Assembly (NCBI GenBank): GCA_016840085.1
Contig: JAEOTA010000086.1
Coordinates: forward strand, 32,001 to 96,000
DNA length: 64,000 nucleotides
Direction of reading: 5' to 3'
Source of the DNA: Promethearchaeota archaeon
GTDB taxonomy: Archaea > Asgardarchaeota > Lokiarchaeia > Sigyniarchaeales > SOKP01
This document shows positions 10,236 through 21,504 of this stretch, piece by piece. The position numbers and the translations under genes were made by a program. The notes below the pieces were generated by a model. The model saw only the letters and a program-made list of their open reading frames with translations, had not been told where the DNA came from and did not search any database. The first letter of the stretch is position 1. Each line of letters starts with the position of its first letter.

Positions 10236-10919
10236 ATGAATATAATAATTCCTCGTAATAATAACTCTGAAATGCTATTATACCTTTGGAAAATAATTGA
10301 TTTGCCATTTTTATCATCATTTGATCTGTTATTTACAATTTCATATGATTTTTTTTTTTTACCTCCTGATAGAGCCCTCTCTTTTATAAGTTCATGTATT
10401 ACGGATCAACTTTTAATTAAAGATAATGAGCAAAATCTTAAATTATCGCCAGCATTAGAAAATCGTTTAAAGAATTGGCAAAAGAAAAGAACAAATGATA
10501 TTATAGACAAAATTAATGATTATAAAAGTATTACTCATCTAAAAAATGAAATCAAAACTGGACTCACTACAAATTTTAATAATCTAATAAAAAGCTTTAT
10601 CGACGTAGAAACACTAAATAGAGCAGCAGCAATTTCTAATTCTTCTTATAAGTTAAATGAAGTAGATACCAAAAAAGGTATTATTAAATCAAAAGTTGCT
10701 GGTTCAAAAGAAGAATCATATTTAATTGAAATCGACATAACTAATAAATTTATACGTCATGACTGTCATGATTTTGAAACAAGAAGAGCTACAAGCAAAA
10801 AATTTTGTAAGCATTTAATTAAACTATTTTTATTATTAAAAGATAAAAATGAGGATATTGCGGTTTATTTCCTTAATAAAATTTTAGAAAATATAGATGA
10901 TTGGGATTTCTTAACTTAA
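10236..10919 (+). CDS. SWIM-type Zn-finger-containing protein
   Basis: V.GS....Y.I.I followed by HDCHDF...FCKHL (SWIM-like). Confidence 0.65.
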   Translation: MNIIIPRNNNSEMLLYLWKIIDLPFLSSFDLLFTISYDFFFLPPDRALSFISSCITDQLLIKDNEQNLKLSPALENRLKNWQKKRTNDIIDKINDYKSITHLKNEIKTGLTTNFNNLIKSFIDVETLNRAAAISNSSYKLNEVDTKKGIIKSKVAGSKEESYLIEIDITNKFIRHDCHDFETRRATSKKFCKHLIKLFLLLKDKNEDIAVYFLNKILENIDDWDFLT

Positions 10920-12223
10920 ATTAATTTCTTAAAAATATTATTTTTTAGTTTAACTTTATCCTTTTGCAGCAAAATTGGTTTATGATTTAAAATCATTTGA
11001 ATTTTTTCGATTCCACATAGTACTTTATCCACTAATTCATTTGTGATATCTAATTTAATTATTTTAGTTCTTCCATAATGTCCCATGGATTTAATATATG
11101 CAGATATTATTCCGGCTAATGCTAATTCATTAATATAATCACTAATTCTTCTTTTCGTTAATTGTCTAACTCCTGGAATTAATGCTCTTATTTCAGAATG
11201 AACGTCATATATATCTCCTGATATAATAATATGGTCAGGACTGAATTTTGATAATAAATAAATTGATGTTAAAACCAATTGAGCTTGAAGTGGCATACCT
11301 TTAATATATTCTTTAATATGATCGTTTTCTAAATCTTCTTGAGCTTTTTCAAGATGTTTTGAAGTAACAAATTTATTTTGGGCTCTCTCAGCGATTTCAC
11401 CTGCTTTTCTTAGTAATTGAAGTGCTTTTCTAGCATCTCCATGTTCTTTGGCTGCTAGAGCAGCACTTAAGGGTATAATATCCTCCTTTAAAACACCATC
11501 AAGAAATGCAATTTTCGACCTTTCTTTTAAAATATCCCTTAACTCACTAGCATCATAAGACGGAAAGACTATATGTTCTTCTCCTAAACTCGAGAGTATT
11601 CTTGGATCGAGATATTCACGAAATTTTAATTTATTAGAAATGCCAATTAGGCTTGTTTTGCATTTATCTAAATTCTCATTCAACCTTAACAGGTTATATA
11701 GAATTTCATTTCCCCCTTTCCTATTTACTAAAATATCAATTTCATCTAAAACCAAAAAGCAAATTGAATTACCAACTATTGAATCCAGTAATCCTAATAA
11801 TTTTTTGAATATTATATCTTTAGGAAGACCCGTAGGAGGAATTTTCTCACATCTCGATATAGTATTATAGATATGAGCTAAAATACGATATGGAGTCGAT
11901 ACAACGTTACAATTAATATATATCCACCATGGTTTAATCTTTGCACTTTGATGTGCTAACTTTTGGCTTACATATCTTATGGTTGCAGTCTTTCCAGTTC
12001 CCGTCTGTCCATAGCAAAGAAATGATGGTGGTGTATCTCCTAGCAAAGCACATGCTGTTTTTTCAGCAATATTCTTTATTTGAACATCCCGATGAGGTAA
12101 CGTATCAGGAACATAAGATGATTCCAAAGCGTCGCGGTTACTAAATATTCGTGGTCCTTTAAGATAATTCTTATAAAATTTGTCTATATTAAATTGATTG
12201 TGGTTATTATGATTTTTCAACAA
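10916..12223 (-). CDS. cdc6: Orc1/Cdc6 replication initiator
   Basis: YVPDTLPHR, GQTGTGKT, VLDEID, GDARKAL, C-terminal winged helix with YGRT. Confidence 0.95.
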   Translation of the reverse strand: MLKNHNNHNQFNIDKFYKNYLKGPRIFSNRDALESSYVPDTLPHRDVQIKNIAEKTACALLGDTPPSFLCYGQTGTGKTATIRYVSQKLAHQSAKIKPWWIYINCNVVSTPYRILAHIYNTISRCEKIPPTGLPKDIIFKKLLGLLDSIVGNSICFLVLDEIDILVNRKGGNEILYNLLRLNENLDKCKTSLIGISNKLKFREYLDPRILSSLGEEHIVFPSYDASELRDILKERSKIAFLDGVLKEDIIPLSAALAAKEHGDARKALQLLRKAGEIAERAQNKFVTSKHLEKAQEDLENDHIKEYIKGMPLQAQLVLTSIYLLSKFSPDHIIISGDIYDVHSEIRALIPGVRQLTKRRISDYINELALAGIISAYIKSMGHYGRTKIIKLDITNELVDKVLCGIEKIQMILNHKPILLQKDKVKLKNNIFKKLI

Positions 12224-12495
12224 TTATGACACCAATGATTCAAATTTATAATAGAAAGTCTTGCCATTGAAATATCAAAATATGTGTATTATTTCTACCG
12301 GATTTATAAAATTAATTATTAATCTTTAAAAAAATGTTAAAGCTTTAATATTTAATTTTGATAAATCTTTTCAATATTTTATATTAATATTGTCGGTATT
12401 TTAAAAGAATATTATTTATGAAGCAATATTTATTAAGTTCTTATTAATTAAATTTTCAATTAAAAAAGAATTAATTTAATTATAAATTTGTTTAA

Positions 12496-13314
12496 TTGTT
12501 CAATTTTTTAATGTTAAATTTTGTAACAAGGGATTATATTAAATTGCAAATTAACAATAACCTATCTAAAGCTCAAAAAAACCATAAGAAGATTGCCATA
12601 ATTTTAGCGTTAATTTTTGCTTGTTTAATTCTAACAAATTTTCTTATTATATCAATTATTTTTTCTTGGGCAGATTGGGTATCTCTTTTAATATTTAGCC
12701 TTTTAACCATTGTTCCAGCTTATATTTCAAATGCTTCTATGGTTATTACTGGTGGGGGCAAACCTATAGATGGTGGAAGATATTTCAGAGATGGTAGGAG
12801 AATTTTGGGAGATCATAAAACATGGAACGGATTAAAAGGTCCATTATACATTGGAATTCCAATATCATTCTTAATTTTTTTTCTCTTTATTGTATTTTGG
12901 CTCCCTATTAAAGAAGTTATTATTGAAGCGTCTAATCAAGGTGAGTATATCCTTTACAGTAATATCGATATTTTTAAATATTATTTCATAGGTGGAGAAT
13001 TTCCAATCAATTTCCTTGTTTTGTTTATAAGAATTGTATTTGCTTCATATGGAGCAGTAGTGGGGGATTTATTTGGTTCTTTTCTGAAAAGGAGATTTGA
13101 TATTAAAAGTGGAGCTCCTTTTTGGATCGTAGATCAGCTTGATTTTGCTTTGGGTGCATTATTATTTATTTCCATCCCTGGATTCATTTCTCCATATCTC
13201 TTCTTTCTTCCTGATTTTTATATCATAATTTTTTTGATAATTCTAACCCCTGCAGTAAGTATTATAGCGAATACTATAGCTTATATAATTCGTTTGAAAG
13301 ATGTTCCTTGGTAG
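12496..13314 (+). CDS. carS: CDP-archaeol synthase (real start possibly TTG at about 12544)
   Basis: PAYISN, PIDGG...DGRRILGDHKTWNG and GDLFGSFLKRR...DQLD motifs. Confidence 0.9.
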   Translation: MFNFLMLNFVTRDYIKLQINNNLSKAQKNHKKIAIILALIFACLILTNFLIISIIFSWADWVSLLIFSLLTIVPAYISNASMVITGGGKPIDGGRYFRDGRRILGDHKTWNGLKGPLYIGIPISFLIFFLFIVFWLPIKEVIIEASNQGEYILYSNIDIFKYYFIGGEFPINFLVLFIRIVFASYGAVVGDLFGSFLKRRFDIKSGAPFWIVDQLDFALGALLFISIPGFISPYLFFLPDFYIIIFLIILTPAVSIIANTIAYIIRLKDVPW

Positions 13315-13479
13315 ATAGTTCAAATAGGCAATTCTAACAAAAAATTATTAATATTAAATTAATTTACAGGTAATATTATAAATTCTAGAATTAATCAAAA
13401 TCATTTTATTGGAGTCTTAAAATTTAAAAAATTAAAAAAAAATAATAAAATCATTCTAGCGACGAAATATTGTATTCCC

Positions 13480-13989
13480 TCAAATCTCTGCTTTTATAGC
13501 TTTACATTTAATTTCAATTGGTTTTCCATTATTTTCGAACATAATATATCTTTCAATCAATTCATTGATAATTCGAATATATGATCCACCCCTTCCGATG
13601 GCCACCCCTCTTTCTTTATAAGTTAAAAAATATAAGGATATTTCTCTCTGACCTGAATCATTATCTATTTCCAATTTTATGTCATGGATATACAAATCCG
13701 GAAATAATCTGAATAATAATTTTATAAAAACCTTCTCTTCACTAATTATTTGAATCTTCTTTTTAAAGCTTGTTTCCCGTCTAATCTTATCTTTTGCATC
13801 TATACACTTAAAATAATCTTTGGGTTTTACAAAAAAAAAGATAAAATCTTTTAAGCAAATAATCAAAGTTGGCTTCCGTTTAGTCATTTCATAAAAATAA
13901 GAATAAAGATAGATTTGCTCATTTTTGTATTTTTTTATAAAGGAAATTACTTGATAAAATATAAAGTCGCTATAAATCGTGTAAATCAT
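13480..13989 (-). CDS. KH-domain (NusA-like) RNA-binding protein
   Basis: GVAIGRGGSYI KH GxxG loop; start uncertain. Confidence 0.6.
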   Translation of the reverse strand: MIYTIYSDFIFYQVISFIKKYKNEQIYLYSYFYEMTKRKPTLIICLKDFIFFFVKPKDYFKCIDAKDKIRRETSFKKKIQIISEEKVFIKLLFRLFPDLYIHDIKLEIDNDSGQREISLYFLTYKERGVAIGRGGSYIRIINELIERYIMFENNGKPIEIKCKAIKAEI

Positions 13990-14106
13990 TAACTATTAAT
14001 ATTTATTTTTTTTTTTAAACTCCTCCGAATTTATAATATTTGATAAATTTATTATTAATTAATAAACATCTATATAGAATAGACTTAATTAGGTTACTTT
14101 AAAAAG

Positions 14107-14544
14107 ATGAAAGATGAAGGCTTTAAATTCTTAGATCACACGGCAGACATGTACGTAAAGGCATATTCAAAAACCTTAGAAGGAGCTTTTGAACAAATAG
14201 TTTATAGTTTGATGACAACTATAAGTCCTGATTTAAATTTAATATTTCCTAAAACAGAAAAATTCATAGAAATTGTCTCAGAAGACAAGGAAGCATTACT
14301 ATTTGATTTTCTCTCGGAATTTCTTTTCATTTTTGATGTAGAAGAATTGGTATTTAGCTCAGTTAAAGTAAAAAGTATTGATAAAAATAATGATAATTAT
14401 AAGTTAGAAGCTATTGCCAAAGGAGAAGTTTTTAACATTGAAAAGCATGAAATCGGGACAGAAGTAAAAGCTATCACATATAATATGATGAAAATTGAAG
14501 AAAAAAAGAATAAAATTGAAATTGATGTTGTTTTTGATATTTAA
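14107..14544 (+). CDS. Archease (RtcB cofactor)
   Basis: FLDHTAD, EVKAITY and C-terminal FDI motifs. Confidence 0.95.
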   Translation: MKDEGFKFLDHTADMYVKAYSKTLEGAFEQIVYSLMTTISPDLNLIFPKTEKFIEIVSEDKEALLFDFLSEFLFIFDVEELVFSSVKVKSIDKNNDNYKLEAIAKGEVFNIEKHEIGTEVKAITYNMMKIEEKKNKIEIDVVFDI

Positions 14545-14551
14545 AAGTTTA

Positions 14552-16024
14552 CTATCCTTTCACAACCCCGATTGGTACTAATCTTACTATTTTTTCAACA
14601 ATTCCAAGATCATGGCTGACTTGAACTACCTGATCAATATCTTTATAAGCTCCAGGACTTTCTTCAGCCAAAATTTTCATTGATGTACTTTTTATCAAAA
14701 TACCTTTGCTTCCTAAATCTTCTTTTACTTTAGGTCCCCAATATTTTTTAGTAGCTTTTGCTCTAGACATTACACGACCAGATCCATGCGCAGTAGATCC
14801 AAAAGATAAATCCATTGCTTTTGGTTTTCCTACACATAAATAGGATGCTGAACCCATTGTTCCAGGAATTAGAGCAGGTTGACCAATCACTTTATAATCT
14901 TGAGGAAGTGCGGGATGACCTGGTGGAAAAGCTCTAGTTGCACCCTTGCGATGGATGTTTAATTTCATTCTCTTACCATTAACTTCGTGCTCCTCTATTT
15001 TTAGTATATTATGACAAACACCATATATTAAATGGAAATCTAAAGCATCAACATCTTTTTTTAATATATGTTGAAAAGATTCTCTTAGCCAATGGGTTAT
15101 CAACTGACGATTAGTGAATCCAAAATTGGCCGCACATGCCATTTGTTTTAAATAGTTCTGAGCTTCAGGTGTATCCGCTGGAACACAAGCTAGTTCTCTA
15201 TCTGGGACTTTAACATTATACTTTTTCATTGCTTGCTCGATATTCCGTAAACTATCTGTACAAACTTGATGACCGAGAGCTCTACTCCCTGTATGAACCA
15301 TTACTGTTATCTGGTTGTTCTCAAATATTCCTAGCTTTTTAGCAACTCTATTATTATAGATCTTATCTACTTTTTGGATTTCAAGGAAATGATTTCCACT
15401 TCCTAAGGAACCAAGTTGTTTGATTGCACGTTGTTTTGCTTTTTGGGAAACTAAACTAGCATCGGCATCTTTTAAACATCCATTTTCTTCTAAATGTTTG
15501 ATATCCTCTTCAAGTGCGTAACCATTATCTAATGCCCAGTTAACTCCATGGTTTAAAACTTTATCTAAATCTGAATAGCTTATATTTAATTTACCCTTAG
15601 ATCCTAAACCAGAAGGGATATTCTTGAAAATCGTGTTTATCAAGTTAGGAAGATTATTTTTAATATCTTTAAACATGAAATTAGTACGTAAAAGTCGAAC
15701 TCCACAATTAATGTCGTATCCTACACCTCCAGGTGAAATCATGCCCGATCCTGCTTCTGTACCACAAACTCCTCCAATACAAAACCCATATCCTTGATGA
15801 GCATCCGATAGTGCAATAGCATGTTTTTTTATTCCTTGTAAACAAGCCACATTACATATTTGATCAAGAGTACGATCTAACTTAATTTTTTCTAAAATAT
15901 AGTCATTAGCATAAATCTTTACAGGTACTCTCATTTGAAATTTCTCTATGTTGCCGTGAATCCGTGTCATCAAAGCTTTTGGTGGAATCTCGTAAATATT
16001 TTCATCAATTTTATTGACATTCAT
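14552..16024 (-). CDS. rtcB: tRNA-splicing ligase RtcB
   Basis: DAHQGYGF, GVGYDINCGVR, GNHFLE, HTGSR, HRKGATR, HGSGR and YKDI motifs. Confidence 0.97.
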   Translation of the reverse strand: MNVNKIDENIYEIPPKALMTRIHGNIEKFQMRVPVKIYANDYILEKIKLDRTLDQICNVACLQGIKKHAIALSDAHQGYGFCIGGVCGTEAGSGMISPGGVGYDINCGVRLLRTNFMFKDIKNNLPNLINTIFKNIPSGLGSKGKLNISYSDLDKVLNHGVNWALDNGYALEEDIKHLEENGCLKDADASLVSQKAKQRAIKQLGSLGSGNHFLEIQKVDKIYNNRVAKKLGIFENNQITVMVHTGSRALGHQVCTDSLRNIEQAMKKYNVKVPDRELACVPADTPEAQNYLKQMACAANFGFTNRQLITHWLRESFQHILKKDVDALDFHLIYGVCHNILKIEEHEVNGKRMKLNIHRKGATRAFPPGHPALPQDYKVIGQPALIPGTMGSASYLCVGKPKAMDLSFGSTAHGSGRVMSRAKATKKYWGPKVKEDLGSKGILIKSTSMKILAEESPGAYKDIDQVVQVSHDLGIVEKIVRLVPIGVVKG

Positions 16025-16184
16025 CCTAACTTAATTAGTAAATCTATTTTCAAAAATATTGTTATTTTATTCTATAATGATTTACAATTAAATTATTTGA
16101 TATAATTATAATAAAAAAGAAAATTTACTAATAACCTAAAATAAATGTAAAATTAAATTAGAATTTAAAGAATTAAATTAAACA

Positions 16185-16910
16185 TCATTTAATTTCAATA
16201 TAAGAAATCAAATCTAAATCATCAAAATTTTTAATTATCCTCTGAATTTGTGATTCTGGTTGACCAGATTCTTCTGCAATCTCGGGGATAGTATGAAAAC
16301 CATCAGCTAAATGGGCAATTTTATATTCTGTTTCATCTAAAAATCCTTGTGTAATAACCTGCTTAGGTAATCGCTTTAATGTCCATTCTGGTTTCTTATC
16401 ACTTACCACACGCAAATCTTCCTCTGATAAAACTAGACCTTTTTTAGCAATCCTTTTCTGAGATTTAAGAAAATCTTTTTTAAATATTTTTAAAATTGGG
16501 ATTGTAAGCTTAATTTCGGCAACTTTTCCATTTATTAAAACATTATCAATAATTTGTTCGAATTCACGAAAGATACGAACATCACCAGACCATTCTTTAA
16601 GAGTATCTCCAAATTTAACGACAAATTTGTCAATAATATCTGTTAATACTTTATGAGTGATCTTTGCATCATCATTCTTATCTGCTGCAGCTGTACATAA
16701 TACACCCTCCTTAAAAACAAGTAATAAATAAAAAACTTGCATATCAATTACTTTCAATTCTCCTGATCCTTTTGAGAATTCAACACTAAAATCCTTAAGT
16801 GCGGTGAGGAAGCCGCTTACTAAATCTTGGTTAAACTCGATACTTCCATACTTTCTATGGATGAGACAGATTCCTGTATGTTGATGAATAAGGTAAAAAT
16901 TATGTAACAA
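16185..16910 (-). CDS. Longin/roadblock-like domain protein with C-terminal winged helix
   Basis: G.CL..R.Y......DLVSGFLTAL..F pattern typical of Asgard longin-like domains; DGFHTIPEIAEE HTH. Confidence 0.65.
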   Translation of the reverse strand: MLHNFYLIHQHTGICLIHRKYGSIEFNQDLVSGFLTALKDFSVEFSKGSGELKVIDMQVFYLLLVFKEGVLCTAAADKNDDAKITHKVLTDIIDKFVVKFGDTLKEWSGDVRIFREFEQIIDNVLINGKVAEIKLTIPILKIFKKDFLKSQKRIAKKGLVLSEEDLRVVSDKKPEWTLKRLPKQVITQGFLDETEYKIAHLADGFHTIPEIAEESGQPESQIQRIIKNFDDLDLISYIEIK

Positions 16911-17010
16911 ATATAAAACCTCGACACTAATTTTATAACTTTATTCTTAATGTATATTTAATAAGAATATGATAATTTAAATCTCTTCATGAACTACAGA
17001 AAAACGAAAT

Positions 17011-19650
17011 TTATTTAATGATATCATAAAGAGATTGAATCTTGAAAGACTTTATAATTTCTTGTTTTGAAGGATCTTTACTTGTTTCAAGACCTCTTAC
17101 GATTTTTATATCAATGTCCCGAGTTTCGTTAGGTTCCATAGAAAAGAAGTTATCAGAAGCTATAAAATCAACTAAATCTGAATCAAAGTTAACATATAAG
17201 GCAATCTTCTTCGCCTTCAGTTTCAATCTAAATTGAATTTTATTATTCTTTTCTCCTTCTATATCTTCAAAAAAACTTGATATTTCTGGATCTCTTAAAT
17301 TAAAGAATTTTGGTGCATCAAATAAACGAAATCCTCTATATATTATTCCTTTTTTTCCATTGTTAGAATATAATTTATAGAAGATAATATTGTTTTGCAT
17401 GTTTGATTGTTCTTTGTTAATATTGCTAACATCCTCTAATCCCAGTTTTAAAGAACTACAAGGAGAGACTTTAGAATTATAAATTCCTTTCATGAGTGTA
17501 TTCCCCTCTGAATTAAGAATTTTCCAATCTAACTCAATATCGCAAGATATTCTTAAATCATTTGTTACCCAAAATTCAACTTGATGAGGATTTTCTTCTA
17601 CACTAGCGAAAATTGGTTGATAAAACCTCTTTGCAAAATAATGAAGAGCTTTCCATCTCCCATAATAATCTAATGATGACCAACTCGCAACAGACCAACA
17701 ATCATTTAGTTGCCAATAAAGAGATCCCATGCAATGGTTTTCATTTCGATTTCGTCTCCAATACTCAACACCATATTCAATTGCTTCAGCTTGCGTTAAT
17801 TGCGATAATACAATTTGATGCTCGAATTTCTTAGGGATTGAAAACCTTTTTTCCATATAATCCATGATTTTTTGATTACCCGCAGAATTTTTCTGGTGAT
17901 TTTCCATAATAGGAGAAAAGAAATCATACTGTTCTTTAGGACAAAATCTAGCTAAGGTTTTTAAAGAAGGAAAAGATTCATACCCAAATTCAGACATAAA
18001 ACGAGAATTGAATTCGCGATAAGCTGAAAATGGTTTATTTCTGTGCCAAACATCCCAAAAATGTGAATCTCCAATATCAGGAGAATTTGCATTCACAGTT
18101 CCCAATTTTTCTCCAACAAAACCATTTGATGGGGAGCTAGGCCAATAAGGATGGTTAGGATCATATTTTTTAAGTAATTCTGGCATCAAAATTTCAAACT
18201 TCTTGATATACCCGGCTTTAAAATCTTCTTTAATGGGATTTTCTGCAAGTTTAGGATGTTTAAATATCGGATCCCACAAAATTTCAATTTCATTATTGCC
18301 ACACCATAATGTTAAGCTTGGATGATTTCGCAGTCTCTTTATATTCTGAGTTGCTTCCTCTTTAACAGTCTTAATGAAATCATCATGAAAGGGATAAATT
18401 GCACATGCAAAGGGAAAATCTTGCCATACTATAATTCCTAACTCATCACATAATTCATAAAAAATATCATCTTCATAGATTCCACCACCCCAAACTCGTA
18501 TCATATTCATATTGGCTTTTTTCGCATAATTCAAATTCATCGAATAAAGGCCTAATTTTCTTCCTCTTGGAATAAAACTATCAACTGGAATCCAATTAGC
18601 TCCTTTAGCAAACAGAGGAATTCCGTTTAGGAGAAAATAAAATGTTTCTCCCCATTTATCTGCTTCTCTAATAAGTTTTATATCCCTTAACCCTATCTTT
18701 TGGATTATGGTTTCAACAACATCTTCTTTCAAAATCGAATTTTCTAATTGATAAAGATTCGGCTCACCAAGGTCATGTGTCCACCATAGAAAAGGTTTTT
18801 CGACAATAAATTCGATAGTTTCTTTCTTACTAGTTAGAGAAATTTCCTTTACAAAAACCTTATTAGTAGGTGCCCTCAAAATTACTTTTAATTTATAACC
18901 AAGATTAGAAATATTTTCTAATTTTGAAACAAATTCAATTTCTACAAAGAGATTTACCAAGGTTGTTCTCGACTCAGAGTGATCTTCTTTATCATTCGTT
19001 TTTATCGATTCCTTGTTATAATTGAATTTTGTATAGGTATAAATTGATTTTATTTTAAGATCATCATAACCTATTATTTCCACAGACTTCCATATACCAA
19101 TATCTGGTAATTTTGGGCCCCAATCCCAACCAAATGAGTATTGAGCTTTCCTTAAGTAGGGTACTCCTGGAATTGCGGCATAACCAGTATTTAACCCCAA
19201 ATTATTTTTTTTTATGTACTCTAAAGCTTCTAACGTAGGACTCTTAAATTTTACCTTTAACTGGTTCCCACTACCTTTTAATTTAGATTTTACTTCAAAA
19301 TCATATCTAATAAACATATCGTTTGTAGAGCCTATTAGTTCACCATTTAAGTTCACCTCTGCTATTGTATCCAATCCATTGAACCGTAATATAATGTGCT
19401 TATGTTCTAAAAATTCTGGATCCAAGTTGAATTCTTTTTCATAAAACCAACTAGATTCATAAACCCATATCATATCATGCTCATTTTCACCATAAAAAGG
19501 ATCTTCGATAATATTATTATCAAGTAGAGCTTCAAAAACAGTTCCAGGTACTTGAGCATCTATTTCAACTGATTTTTCAGAATTTTTTAATTCCCAAAAT
19601 CCATCCAATGAAATTTTTTCGACTTTTTGCAACATCCTCACCAACTCCAA
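17011..19650 (-). CDS. Beta-mannosidase (GH2)
   Basis: [36 protein letters not shown] and YWQLND motifs. Confidence 0.93.
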   Translation of the reverse strand: MELVRMLQKVEKISLDGFWELKNSEKSVEIDAQVPGTVFEALLDNNIIEDPFYGENEHDMIWVYESSWFYEKEFNLDPEFLEHKHIILRFNGLDTIAEVNLNGELIGSTNDMFIRYDFEVKSKLKGSGNQLKVKFKSPTLEALEYIKKNNLGLNTGYAAIPGVPYLRKAQYSFGWDWGPKLPDIGIWKSVEIIGYDDLKIKSIYTYTKFNYNKESIKTNDKEDHSESRTTLVNLFVEIEFVSKLENISNLGYKLKVILRAPTNKVFVKEISLTSKKETIEFIVEKPFLWWTHDLGEPNLYQLENSILKEDVVETIIQKIGLRDIKLIREADKWGETFYFLLNGIPLFAKGANWIPVDSFIPRGRKLGLYSMNLNYAKKANMNMIRVWGGGIYEDDIFYELCDELGIIVWQDFPFACAIYPFHDDFIKTVKEEATQNIKRLRNHPSLTLWCGNNEIEILWDPIFKHPKLAENPIKEDFKAGYIKKFEILMPELLKKYDPNHPYWPSSPSNGFVGEKLGTVNANSPDIGDSHFWDVWHRNKPFSAYREFNSRFMSEFGYESFPSLKTLARFCPKEQYDFFSPIMENHQKNSAGNQKIMDYMEKRFSIPKKFEHQIVLSQLTQAEAIEYGVEYWRRNRNENHCMGSLYWQLNDCWSVASWSSLDYYGRWKALHYFAKRFYQPIFASVEENPHQVEFWVTNDLRISCDIELDWKILNSEGNTLMKGIYNSKVSPCSSLKLGLEDVSNINKEQSNMQNNIIFYKLYSNNGKKGIIYRGFRLFDAPKFFNLRDPEISSFFEDIEGEKNNKIQFRLKLKAKKIALYVNFDSDLVDFIASDNFFSMEPNETRDIDIKIVRGLETSKDPSKQEIIKSFKIQSLYDIIK

Positions 19651-19763
19651 AAAGGTAGAATGAAATTATAAAAGAATTTTTAAGTTAAAAGTGAAATAAA
19701 TCTTAAATAAATTGATATTAAGTAATGCATAAATTAGAACTATAAATATAATGAAGATATAAA

Positions 19764-19926
19764 ATGATCTATTATCTTTTCTTTGTAACTGTTCCAAATC
19801 TTGATGAGGGGCAAAAAATTGCTAGGAACTTAGTAGAAAGCAAACTTGTAGCCTGTGTAAACATTATTAAAGATTGAAAAAAGATCTAAAAAATATTTAA
19901 ATTGGATTAAAGACGTTGTTGATTGA
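19764..19926 (+). pseudogene. cutA: CutA remnant with internal deletion/frameshift
   Basis: MIYYLFFVTVPNLDEGQKIARNLVESKLVACVNIIKD* then, in another frame, the CutA C-terminus IEKRSKKYLNWIKDVVD*; the central part is missing. Confidence 0.8.
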
Positions 19927-19950
19927 ATAGAAAATTATTTACTTTATATC

Positions 19951-20793
19951 ATGATAAGCAATGCATTTCAAGTAGATTGGGTTTTTGTTGATACAGTTAT
20001 AATCATTTTATTATTCTTACTTCTATTAGGTGTAAAAATTTTCAAATCAACTCATCGATGGCGTTTAAGCTTCTCAAACGAGGTGTTAGAATATTTTTCT
20101 TTTTCAAAACCATATGAGAATATTATAAGTCATTACATAAAAACAAAACACTGTAGTTTGACGAGAAATTCATCTCTACATAAACAATATGATAAATGTC
20201 CCTTAATCTTAATTTTAAGAACAAAATTTAAAAAACATTTAACGAAAATCATAACAGAGGGTTTAAGCAGCTATGGTTTTAATGTTATTAATTTAAAACT
20301 TAATATTAAACTTGATTCAAGTTCAAATAGGTTAAATAAAACTATTAATGATGAAATAAAATCCCTAATTTCATTAATACTAGATTATTTTAAACATGAA
20401 AGGCTTATTACGAATTCAAAATACATTCTATTAAATTTATCAAAATCTTTTGTTCCAAACACTGAAATTCTAACAGATCCAGAAAAGATTGGATTATTGT
20501 TAATTAATCCAAGTATGAATAAATACAATATTGGAAGTTTAAAAGAAACTTTTCATAATCTACCACAAAATACTCAATTATTTTATATTTTTAGTAAAAG
20601 GAGCTTCTTTATTTTAAAAAACAGTGATTTAAAACATTTTAATAAGGAATATGATGAAAATAACACAAATAAAGCAAAATTAATAACATTAGAGAAATCC
20701 TCTAAAAGTTTTAAATATTATGAAACGATTCTCATAGGCATTATTATTGATATACTAGAAAATAAATTAATGAAATCAACAAATTACACTTAA
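19951..20793 (+). CDS. Hypothetical protein with N-terminal TM anchor, possibly a degenerate alpha/beta-hydrolase fold
   Basis: Long ORF, hydrophobic N-terminus, LSSYGFNVINL segment. Confidence 0.5.
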   Translation: MISNAFQVDWVFVDTVIIILLFLLLLGVKIFKSTHRWRLSFSNEVLEYFSFSKPYENIISHYIKTKHCSLTRNSSLHKQYDKCPLILILRTKFKKHLTKIITEGLSSYGFNVINLKLNIKLDSSSNRLNKTINDEIKSLISLILDYFKHERLITNSKYILLNLSKSFVPNTEILTDPEKIGLLLINPSMNKYNIGSLKETFHNLPQNTQLFYIFSKRSFFILKNSDLKHFNKEYDENNTNKAKLITLEKSSKSFKYYETILIGIIIDILENKLMKSTNYT

Positions 20794-20796
20794 TTC

Positions 20797-21504
20797 ATGA
20801 AAAGTAAAAAAATTTTAAGAGTTCACCATAATGTTATAACCTACTCGGAAGATAAATGGGTTTTATTAAAAAATAAAAGAGTAGATGCTAAAAAATTATT
20901 AGAATTGTTTGTTAATGAAGGGTTTAAGCCCATTGTACATGGAAGCATTGCCCGTGGTGATGTTCATGAGTCTAGCGATATCGACATCGTATTTATACAA
21001 AAAGTTCCCTCATTCCAGATTGAATATATTTTAAGTAAAAATGGTTATGAAAAGTATTTTAAAGAAATAATCATGGCAACACCTCTCGATACAATAAAAT
21101 TATATATACATTTAGGCGAATTAGAGTCTATAACTATTCCGTTATCTAAACCAGATAAAAAATTCATAGAATTTTATAATTTTGGAGGGAAGATAAATTT
21201 AAATCAACTAAATTTAGATATTAGAGTCCCAGGAATAGATAAGAGGTTAGTATTAATAAAACCATATTCTAAGGGACATAAAGAAATTTCAATTATTGGT
21301 AACGAAGCCTATGCGGCAAAAGAAGTGGGAATCAGTATTGATACCATAAACGAGCGTAAAAAAGTATTAATTAGAAGAAATAAGCATGGAAGAACAGGAG
21401 TATTTTTAAAAAGACAGATGCTAATAAATGAATCTACTGAAGATGTTATCAAAAAACTAGCTAAACAGAAATCTATTGTAAGAAAAAAACTATTTAAAAT
21501 ATGA
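20797..21504 (+). CDS. Predicted archaeal nucleotidyltransferase (DNA pol beta superfamily)
   Basis: HGSIARGDVHESSDID motif; RVPGIDKRL and GRTGVF. Confidence 0.88.
   Translation: MKSKKILRVHHNVITYSEDKWVLLKNKRVDAKKLLELFVNEGFKPIVHGSIARGDVHESSDIDIVFIQKVPSFQIEYILSKNGYEKYFKEIIMATPLDTIKLYIHLGELESITIPLSKPDKKFIEFYNFGGKINLNQLNLDIRVPGIDKRLVLIKPYSKGHKEISIIGNEAYAAKEVGISIDTINERKKVLIRRNKHGRTGVFLKRQMLINESTEDVIKKLAKQKSIVRKKLFKI

Noticed and set aside
12255-12300. TTGCCATTGAAAT as an ORB element upstream of cdc6
   Set aside because: Single weak match, no repeat and no G-string
19875-19877. TGA in cutA as a selenocysteine codon
   Set aside because: The C-terminal homology is in a different frame and the middle of the gene is missing; no SECIS evident
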